Assembly (NCBI GenBank): GCA_034658635.1
Contig: JAYEFL010000097.1
Location: 7,074 to 71,073, forward strand
Direction: 5' to 3'
Length of the DNA: 64,000 bases
From: Bacteroidota bacterium
GTDB lineage: Bacteria > Bacteroidota > Bacteroidia > Bacteroidales > UBA12481
Numbering within the stretch: position 1 is the stretch's first letter; every line of letters starts with the position of its first letter. Of this stretch, positions 57,246 through 64,000 are shown piece after piece. The translations under genes were made by a program, and so were the position numbers. The notes below the pieces were generated by a model, which saw only the letters and a program-made list of their open reading frames with translations, did not search any database and had not been told where the DNA came from.

Positions 57246-58679
57246 ATGAAAAAGTATATTTTGCCCGTGCTTATTCTTGCTCTTTCACTTTCCCTTAACG
57301 CACAAAATGAACAGGATGCTCTTCGTTTGTCTCAAATATTTCATGGAGGTTCAGCCAGATCTCTGGGAATGGGAGGTGCAATTGGAGCAGTTGGTGTTGA
57401 TTTTGGCGCCATTGCAATAAACCCGGCTGCCTCTGGCCTTTATCGGAGAGGTGACTTTTCAATGACTACCGGATTCAGTAATGTTTCAACTGACGCAAAT
57501 TTTTTAGATACAAAGTCCAATGATGCAGCATACTCAATGAACTTGAACCAGATCGGATTTGTAATGCCTTTTAAAACCAGATCGGGTTCAGACTTCGGGA
57601 TAAAGGGACTGAATTTTTCTTTTGGTTATAATAAGCTAAGAGATTACAATCAAAATATAGTGATGAGTGGTATAAATCAGAATAATTCTTTGGTTGATGA
57701 ATTTGTTTATACGGCTAACATGAACGATGATTGGGATCCTTTTACTGATGAGTTAGCCTGGGAAACGTGGCTAATTGATTATGACAGTATTGCCGGAGTA
57801 TTCTATTCTGATTTCGATATTTCAGGTTATGGCCAAACGCAAAGAAGAAGCGTTCAAACATCTGGAAGTCTGGGAGAATATGTTTTTAACTTAGGTGCAA
57901 ATGTTGGGGATAAGGTATACTTTGGAGGTTCTTTCGGAATACAAAGATATCGCTATGAAGAAACCTGGGTACATACTGAGTTGGATCCGGATGATATTAT
58001 TGATTACTTCGAAAGCTTCAGGTTCAGTAACCAACTTGAAACACAAGGTAGTGGTTTCAATGCGAAATTTGGTGTCATAGCTCAACCTGTAAGTTGGATC
58101 CGAGTCGGTGCTTCAATTCACACTCCAACCTTTTTTAACCTGAAGGATAATTTCACAAGCTCCATGCATACCGACCTTGCTGATGGGGAACCTACTCACG
58201 AATATACTGCCTATGGAGAGTTTGATTACGAAATTACAACTCCTTTCAGAGCTATTGGAAGTGTTGCATTTTTCTATAAGAACAGGGCTATGCTTAGTCT
58301 GGATTATGAATTTGTTGATTATTCAAATGCCAGATTGAGTGGTGATAATTATGAGTTTTATGATGAGAATCAAGCCGTGAGCAATCGATATGGTACTGCC
58401 AGTAATTTAAGGGTGGGAGCTGAGCTTGTTTTTGCCCCATTCTATGTACGGGCTGGTTATTCTTTATATGGAAGTCCTTATGTCGCTGGTGAAGCTAATG
58501 AGAACATGGTAAATACTTCAATTTCCGGAGGACTTGGTTTCAGAACAAATCGTATTAGTCTGGATTTTGCTATTGTTCAATCCAGCTGGGAACAGCAGTA
58601 TTATCTGTATGGGAGTAATGCCGCAACCCTTGATGCTTCGGCTATGCGCTTTGTTGGCACACTCGGATTCAGATTCTAG
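57246..58679 (+). CDS. Outer-membrane beta-barrel, FadL/PorV-like family
   Basis: A signal peptide is followed by DALRLSQ...GSARSLGMGGAIGAVG.D......NPA and a C-terminal ...FVGTLGFRF ending in an aromatic residue. The family assignment rests on resemblance only. Confidence 0.5.
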   Translation: MKKYILPVLILALSLSLNAQNEQDALRLSQIFHGGSARSLGMGGAIGAVGVDFGAIAINPAASGLYRRGDFSMTTGFSNVSTDANFLDTKSNDAAYSMNLNQIGFVMPFKTRSGSDFGIKGLNFSFGYNKLRDYNQNIVMSGINQNNSLVDEFVYTANMNDDWDPFTDELAWETWLIDYDSIAGVFYSDFDISGYGQTQRRSVQTSGSLGEYVFNLGANVGDKVYFGGSFGIQRYRYEETWVHTELDPDDIIDYFESFRFSNQLETQGSGFNAKFGVIAQPVSWIRVGASIHTPTFFNLKDNFTSSMHTDLADGEPTHEYTAYGEFDYEITTPFRAIGSVAFFYKNRAMLSLDYEFVDYSNARLSGDNYEFYDENQAVSNRYGTASNLRVGAELVFAPFYVRAGYSLYGSPYVAGEANENMVNTSISGGLGFRTNRISLDFAIVQSSWEQQYYLYGSNAATLDASAMRFVGTLGFRF

Positions 58680-59302
58680 ATCGTAGTACATTTACCAAGA
58701 TAGGCAGGAATTTCAGGCCCTAATTGAAACAAAGTGTCCAGAATACTTAAGTTGGGCTGAAATCCATATCTGTCTGAAAAGGCCTGCTGATAAGGAATGA
58801 CTTGAAATCGTTTATCATTAGTAATACCTTTTCCAGGATGAATAATCTTCCTCCAGTCAGGTTCATTATCAGCTATAATAGTGTACTTATTGCTAAGTGA
58901 GATTTGAATGTTGCTTAAGCCGGATAGTTCGATAATGACTTCCAGGATTTTGAGATTCAGGTCAAAAAGATACTTCTCATGATTTTCCCAGGCAAAAATT
59001 AATTCGTCAATCATAAATTCATAGTAAGGCGAGTGTCGGTATGTAGACATGATTGCCCGAAAATGAACTCTTTGCCAATTAGTTTCATAACTTATCCTGA
59101 CATCTCTAATGGCTTGGTTTTCGCTTTTTCCTTTTAAAACGGGTACAGACAAAGCAATAATTCCATTTGCTGCCCCAATAAGGCACCTGTTTCTGTAACT
59201 TCTTCTTTGATAATTTTCACATACTTCCAGAGTAATATCTTTGTGCTCTGAAAGTTTTGAAAAATATTGAACCGGAGGGAAATATGCCGAACTTAACAAC
59301 AT
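58676..59302 (-). CDS. WbqC-family protein
   Basis: The start MLLSSAYFPPVQYFSKL and ...YRNRC... are typical of the WbqC-like family. It is the last gene of the dapB-lepB cluster. Confidence 0.7.
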   Translation of the reverse strand: MLLSSAYFPPVQYFSKLSEHKDITLEVCENYQRRSYRNRCLIGAANGIIALSVPVLKGKSENQAIRDVRISYETNWQRVHFRAIMSTYRHSPYYEFMIDELIFAWENHEKYLFDLNLKILEVIIELSGLSNIQISLSNKYTIIADNEPDWRKIIHPGKGITNDKRFQVIPYQQAFSDRYGFQPNLSILDTLFQLGPEIPAYLGKCTTI

Positions 59303-59311
59303 ATTGAAGTC

Positions 59312-60307
59312 CTATTTTACAGATGAAAGAATAGATTTTGAATAAGGGGACCAAAGTGAGCGGTAAATTACTCCGAGTATATGATCCTCAGGTATGTAAC
59401 CAATAATCCGGCTATCATTAGGATTATCTCTGTTATCATCAAGAATAAAGTAATAATTCTTCTTAATCGTGTATTCTTTCACTTCCTGTCCATTAATCCT
59501 GATTACTCCAGTGTAATCAATAATAATTTCATTGCCTTCAGAATTTTCAATCAGAGATTTGTATTGATCAATTGTTTTTATGTCGATTTCAATTCTTTGT
59601 CCCTGGTATGGAACAATCAGCGGCCCCATCTGATCACGATTCCATAGATAATATCCCGAATAGGGCCAATAGTCGGAGGATGAAGCACCTGCAAAGACCC
59701 TGGTGGTCCTTATCGTTTTGATATGGGCTTGTTTGCTTAGCTCTTGATAAGCAATAGTATCAAGGTTCACATCCCATATTCCTATATTGGCGATCATTGT
59801 TGGGGGTTCAATATAAAACTCTTTTAAGAAGTCATTAGGTATTTCAACCCCATCAGTTACCACCCTGTAAATCCTTCTTGCCTTCACAGGGGGGGAGATT
59901 AATTCACTGTTGCAATAATGATTTTTGTCCCAAATAATAAGCGTGTCTCCGGGAAGAGCAGCGATCCTGCTTATTGACAAAGGTTTTCGGTCAATTGGTT
60001 TGTCAAATATCCTGGGGTCATTAAAAGCAATGATGCTACCCACTTTATACTTTGATATCGCTGGAAGTCTGAAATACGGAATTCTGAATGCATCAATAAA
60101 TGATCGATCAGAACCTGGTAGACCTAAGACAGAATTTGGAAATCTAAGACCTGAACGGAGCTTAGTTATTATTACACGGTCTTTGGGAAGAATTGTAGAA
60201 GACATGGAATGATCCTGAACCTTTTCTATTTGAACTCCAAACACACGAATTAAGAAGAACAGGAGTAGAATCCAAGCAATCCATTTTGTGTAGCTTTTCC
60301 AATTCAT
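59312..60307 (-). CDS. Signal peptidase I (S26) paralogue, probably catalytically impaired
   Basis: The Ser box is retained (DHSMSST). The Lys box reads SISRIAALPGD (Lys replaced by Ser), and box E is degenerate (LDDNRDNPNDSR). Confidence 0.65.
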   Translation of the reverse strand: MNWKSYTKWIAWILLLFFLIRVFGVQIEKVQDHSMSSTILPKDRVIITKLRSGLRFPNSVLGLPGSDRSFIDAFRIPYFRLPAISKYKVGSIIAFNDPRIFDKPIDRKPLSISRIAALPGDTLIIWDKNHYCNSELISPPVKARRIYRVVTDGVEIPNDFLKEFYIEPPTMIANIGIWDVNLDTIAYQELSKQAHIKTIRTTRVFAGASSSDYWPYSGYYLWNRDQMGPLIVPYQGQRIEIDIKTIDQYKSLIENSEGNEIIIDYTGVIRINGQEVKEYTIKKNYYFILDDNRDNPNDSRIIGYIPEDHILGVIYRSLWSPYSKSILSSVK

Positions 60308-60313
60308 TTATTC

Positions 60314-61654
60314 TTATTTAATTTTCTTAAATAACCTTTTCCAACGAATATTGGCTGGAAATCCCTTGTCCTTGTTCAGAGAAAAATAAATAAATAATGG
60401 TTTCCCCACAATATGATCTTCAGGAACAAATCCCCAGAACCTGGAGTCAGCACTATTATGCCGGTTGTCTCCCATCATCCAATAGTAATCCATTTTAAAA
60501 GTATATGAATCAGCTTTTTCACCATTGATAAGGATGTTATCTCCATCAATTCTCAAGTCATTCCCCTCATAAACATTTATTAACCTTTCATACAAAGGAA
60601 GATTAGTTAAACTGAGATTAATGGTCTGCCCCTTTTGGGGAATCCAGACGGGTCCATAGCTATCGCGATTCCAGGCATATTTATCAGAAAATGGGAAAGC
60701 GCTTCCATCCCAATATCCATCTTGCATTTCTTCACGTACAACTTCGATTACATTTGGAAGTTTACGGATTGCATTCACGCTTTCTTCTGTTAATGGAATT
60801 CGATAAACACCGTTCATGAAGGCGCCATCAGAATCTTCATGAGAAATGCCCAAGGATTCCAATTTTTTGCCGTTAATCTGAGTTCCATTAGTAATAATGC
60901 GGTAATTGTATTGAAGATTTGGAACAAGAACTTGTTTGTTGCCATTCACATACAGCTGGTTATGAATCACTTCAAGTGTGTCGCCTGGTATGCCTACACA
61001 TCGTTTAATGAAATTTTCACGTTTATCCACTGGCCTGTAAACAATTTCTCCAAAGGATCTTTTATCGCTCCAGACACGCTCACGACTTCCAGCCTGTTTA
61101 ATCAGGTAGTAGTAGGAGGCATTGCTTTGAAAAACAGTACTTACAGTATCTCCTTCCGGATAATTAAACACTACAGGGTCATTTCTTTTCAGCTTGCTGA
61201 ATCCTGCCAGACGCTTGTAATCCTTATTGATCCAGGTGAGAAAACTCTTTTTATCCTTTGTTAAAGGCAAAGTGTGTTGAACCAGGGGGAAGGAGAGGGG
61301 AGTATTGGGCAATCTTGGTCCGTAGCTAACTTTACTAACAAACAGATAATCGCCTACCAGCAAGGATTTTTCCATTGATGAAGTAGGGATGTTGAAGTTC
61401 TGAAACAGGAAAGTATTTATTATGGTTACAGCAATCAGTGCAAAGATCAGAGCATCCAGCCATTCTACAATTGCATTATTTTTTTTATCCTTCTTTTTCC
61501 AAAAGGCCCAATTGACCTTTTTAGACAGGTACATATCAAAAATCACTGCTAAGCCCATGAGCCACCAGTAATTGTTGAGCCATATAACCCAAAAAAGGTA
61601 AACAGTGGCAACCACTCCAAATTTTATATATTGTCTTCGAGACAAATTCTTCAT
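60314..61654 (-). CDS. lepB: Signal peptidase I
   Basis: All S26 boxes are intact: PTSSMEKSL (catalytic Ser), FIKRCVGIPGD (catalytic Lys) and GDNRHNSADSRFWGFVPEDHIVGK. Confidence 0.85.
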   Translation of the reverse strand: MKNLSRRQYIKFGVVATVYLFWVIWLNNYWWLMGLAVIFDMYLSKKVNWAFWKKKDKKNNAIVEWLDALIFALIAVTIINTFLFQNFNIPTSSMEKSLLVGDYLFVSKVSYGPRLPNTPLSFPLVQHTLPLTKDKKSFLTWINKDYKRLAGFSKLKRNDPVVFNYPEGDTVSTVFQSNASYYYLIKQAGSRERVWSDKRSFGEIVYRPVDKRENFIKRCVGIPGDTLEVIHNQLYVNGNKQVLVPNLQYNYRIITNGTQINGKKLESLGISHEDSDGAFMNGVYRIPLTEESVNAIRKLPNVIEVVREEMQDGYWDGSAFPFSDKYAWNRDSYGPVWIPQKGQTINLSLTNLPLYERLINVYEGNDLRIDGDNILINGEKADSYTFKMDYYWMMGDNRHNSADSRFWGFVPEDHIVGKPLFIYFSLNKDKGFPANIRWKRLFKKIK

Positions 61655-61660
61655 ATTTAA

Positions 61661-62956
61661 TTATTTAGGTGCGAGAAATATGTGCTTCCAGTTAATTTTG
61701 AATCCTTTTACAAGATCAATGCGCAAAGATAGCCAAATCAGTATAGGTTTTCCGATAATATGATCCTCCGGTAGAAAGCCCCAGTGCCTGGAATCTCTGG
61801 AATGATGACGATTATCTCCCATCACGAAATAGTAATCCTGTTTGATTCTATATTCATTAGTAGGAATTTGGTTTATGAAAATTACATTATCCTTAATAGA
61901 AAGCTGATTCTTTTCATATATGCGTATGATTCTCTTGTATATTGGCAGATTTTCTAAGGTAAGTGTTACCAGCATATCCTTCTTAGGAATTATCAAGGGA
62001 CCGAAATTATCTCGATTCCATATAAAACCAGCACTATGAGGAAAGATGTTGTAGTTACTCTTATCTGCAGGCAGAATATATGGTGTAACAGATTCAACTT
62101 CATTTCTTGCTAATACAGTTTCTTTTTGTGAGGCGTGCAATGGAAGGGCATAACCAAGATTTGGGAAAATTGTAATATCTGATTGTTCTAGTCCGAGCTT
62201 TTTCAGAAAAGTCCTGGATAATTGTCCCTCCTTAAGTTCAACAAGGTAATCAAACCTAGATGCCCCCACGGAGACAATTTCTCTATTGAGAGTTACCAGG
62301 GATTGGTTTATGCTAATAGTATCTCCCGGCAGGCCAATACAGCGACTAATCTCCATTTCGCGACGGTCCACTGGCCGGTAGAATAGGAAATCCTTATTTA
62401 CCTCCAGTCCTTTAGATGATTTAAGTCTTTTCAGAGCATAGTAGCTCATATTCTCCACTCCACAGATTGTTGAATCACCTTCAGGGAAATTATATGATAT
62501 CAATTCTCCGCGTCGAGGCTTCCCAAAACCTTTGAGTCTTTTATATGGTAGCATAACTTTTGAGGAATATGAGGGCATACACCGGCTGAATGGAATATAT
62601 TGATGTGAAAGCGGGAAATTTATTGGAGTTATGGGAAGGCGTGAGCCATAAGCCAGTTTAGATACTAAAACAACATCTCCCCTGATCAGGTTTGCTTGCA
62701 TTCCTGTGGTTAGTACTGATTGACTGCTAACAAAGAATACTCTAATTAATAAGACGTTAAGAATCAGCCATAAAACAATATTTACAAGAATTGGTACTTT
62801 TAAACTGATTTTTGGAAGCAAAATGTCCCAGTTAAGAATACGAGTAATAAACAAATCAATATTTGGAATAAGCAAGAGCAAAAGGAATAGAATCCCTGAG
62901 GCAACGGAAAGCAGGATTATTAATAATGAAGAAGTTATAAACCACAACCAACGCAT
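61661..62956 (-). CDS. Signal peptidase I (S26) paralogue lacking both catalytic residues
   Basis: It aligns box by box with lepB. The Ser box is LTTGMQANL (Ser replaced by Gly) and the Lys box is [11 protein letters not shown] (Lys replaced by Ser). Box E is retained ([24 protein letters not shown]). Confidence 0.65.
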   Translation of the reverse strand: MRWLWFITSSLLIILLSVASGILFLLLLLIPNIDLFITRILNWDILLPKISLKVPILVNIVLWLILNVLLIRVFFVSSQSVLTTGMQANLIRGDVVLVSKLAYGSRLPITPINFPLSHQYIPFSRCMPSYSSKVMLPYKRLKGFGKPRRGELISYNFPEGDSTICGVENMSYYALKRLKSSKGLEVNKDFLFYRPVDRREMEISRCIGLPGDTISINQSLVTLNREIVSVGASRFDYLVELKEGQLSRTFLKKLGLEQSDITIFPNLGYALPLHASQKETVLARNEVESVTPYILPADKSNYNIFPHSAGFIWNRDNFGPLIIPKKDMLVTLTLENLPIYKRIIRIYEKNQLSIKDNVIFINQIPTNEYRIKQDYYFVMGDNRHHSRDSRHWGFLPEDHIIGKPILIWLSLRIDLVKGFKINWKHIFLAPK

Positions 62957-62966
62957 AATACAATAT

Positions 62967-63683
62967 TTAGTCTGCTAATAAATCGTTCATAGAATAAATA
63001 CCTTCCTTTCCATTCAGAAATTCTGCAGCCAGAACTGCACCTAATGCAAAGCCTTCACGTTTGAAAGCCTCATGTTTAATAGATATTTTATCAATATCCC
63101 CCACATAGCTTACTGTATGAGTCCCGGTAACATTTCCTTCACGAGTAGAGAAGATGGGTAGTTCGTGCTCAGAACCAATGCTATTTAAAACCCATTGATT
63201 TAATGAATTGTTTTCTTGAAACAGTACTTCAGCCAAAGTAATTGCTGTTCCGCTAGGTGCATCTGATTTGTGAATATGATGGATTTCTTCAATATGAGGG
63301 ATATAGTTTCTTTGAGGTGCCATGATTCTGGCTAACATTGCATTTAATTTGAAGAACAGGTTAACTCCCAGGCTAAAGTTTGATGAATAAAAGAAGCCGG
63401 TATTTGATGATATGGCGACTTTGCAAATCTCATCCCAGCGTGATAACCAGCCTGTAGTGCCACTTACGACAGGAACTCCTGCCTGAAAACAGATCAAATA
63501 ATTCTGAGGGGCTGAGTCAGGAGTACTAAATTCAATGGCAACATCGATATTATCTAAATCTTTCTGTTTCAATGGGGTTTCAATCGAAGGGTCAAATACA
63601 CGCACATTCATATGTCCGCGATTGATAGCAATTTCCTGAATCATTTTCCCCATCTTGCCATATCCCACAATTGCAATATTCAT
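62967..63683 (-). CDS. dapB: 4-hydroxy-tetrahydrodipicolinate reductase
   Basis: Has the N-terminal Rossmann motif [13 protein letters not shown], the [16 protein letters not shown] motif and the expected length of 238 aa. Confidence 0.9.
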   Translation of the reverse strand: MNIAIVGYGKMGKMIQEIAINRGHMNVRVFDPSIETPLKQKDLDNIDVAIEFSTPDSAPQNYLICFQAGVPVVSGTTGWLSRWDEICKVAISSNTGFFYSSNFSLGVNLFFKLNAMLARIMAPQRNYIPHIEEIHHIHKSDAPSGTAITLAEVLFQENNSLNQWVLNSIGSEHELPIFSTREGNVTGTHTVSYVGDIDKISIKHEAFKREGFALGAVLAAEFLNGKEGIYSMNDLLAD

Positions 63684-63697
63684 AAACGTAAATATAT

Positions 63698-63726
63698 AAA
63701 AAAGGGAAGTTCTACACGAACTTCCC
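63698..63726 (-). terminator. Rho-independent terminator after rplT
   Basis: GGGAAGTTC-tacac-GAACTTCCC is a perfect 9-bp stem, followed on the minus strand by 6 T. It lies 25 nt downstream of the rplT stop. Confidence 0.7.
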
Positions 63727-63751
63727 CTGATCTCCTAATAGGAATTGTTCT

Positions 63752-64000
63752 CTATTTAACTGTTTTTACTTTCTTAACCACCTCAGCAAAAGCTTTTGGG
63801 TGATTCATAGCAAGATCAGCTAATACTTTTCGATTCAATTCTATACCTTTTTTGTTCAACTTACCCATGAATACAGAATAGCTAAGGCCATTAATACGGC
63901 ACGCGGCATTGATTCTCTGGATCCACAGGGCGCGGAAATTTCTTTTTTTGTTTCTTCTGTCACGGTATGCATAACTTAATCCTTTTTCGTATGCATTTTT
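63752..64000 (-). CDS. rplT: 50S ribosomal protein L20; the N-terminus runs off the window
   Basis: My own minus-strand translation gives ...[71 protein letters not shown] followed by a stop. This ORF is not in the supplied track because it is cut by the window edge. Confidence 0.9.
   Translation of the reverse strand, partial: KNAYEKGLSYAYRDRRNKKRNFRALWIQRINAACRINGLSYSVFMGKLNKKGIELNRKVLADLAMNHPKAFAEVVKKVKTVK

Noticed and set aside
1-64000. A window-wide search for defence or mobile systems: CRISPR arrays, restriction-modification, toxin-antitoxin pairs, retrons, integrases with att sites, prophage genes, tRNA and rRNA.
   Set aside because: I recognised none. The only recombinase is a housekeeping-type XerD next to aroQ. 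The only transposase sequence is a truncated relic. No intergenic region is long enough for a tRNA or rRNA, and I saw no spaced direct-repeat array.

Overview
This window looks like a densely packed, mostly housekeeping chromosomal segment from a Bacteroidota genome. Three things support that assignment: two secreted proteins carry type IX secretion (T9SS) C-terminal sorting domains (one type B/CHU_C-like, one type A/Por-tail-like), a gldA-gldF-gldG gliding-type ABC cluster is present, and several genes are preceded by TAnnTTTG (-7 box) motifs. By eye the DNA is AT-rich; I did not compute the composition.

I can support about 55 protein-coding genes:
- Central metabolism: tpiA, ppdK, pyk, aroQ, folP, dapB, argG, argH.
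- Translation and RNA: proS, tilS, rsmE, and a partial rplT.
- Envelope and secretion: lgt, plsY, lepB, a GT9 glycosyltransferase, a TonB-dependent receptor, Omp85-like and FadL-like barrels, and gldAFG.
- Signalling: the c-di-AMP cyclase cdaA, and argR.

I found no rRNA, tRNA, CRISPR array, intact mobile element, prophage or recognisable defence island. Every intergenic gap is about 115 bp or shorter.

I do not see an unambiguous novel multi-gene system. The candidates most worth a second look are:
1. An AmmeMemoRadiSam module (1..2627) in which both proteins carry N-terminal export-type signals, including a Tat-like KRDFIK motif on the radical SAM enzyme.
2. A predicted lipoprotein with three zones (acidic, extremely Tyr-rich, Ser/Arg-rich), followed by a FadL/PorV-like barrel (55853..58679).
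3. Three tandem signal-peptidase-I paralogues, two of which appear to have lost catalytic residues (59312..62956).
4. A two-repeat DUF1599 protein and a DoxX/MauE fusion protein transcribed divergently from folP-cdaA-mscS.
5. A shared 14-nt ARG-box-like operator in front of argR and overlapping the argG start codon.

Three gene relics mark rearrangement junctions: a transposase N-terminal fragment, an amidase C-terminal fragment and a 5'-truncated M14 peptidase.

All family assignments come from reading motifs in the supplied translations. No database search was run.
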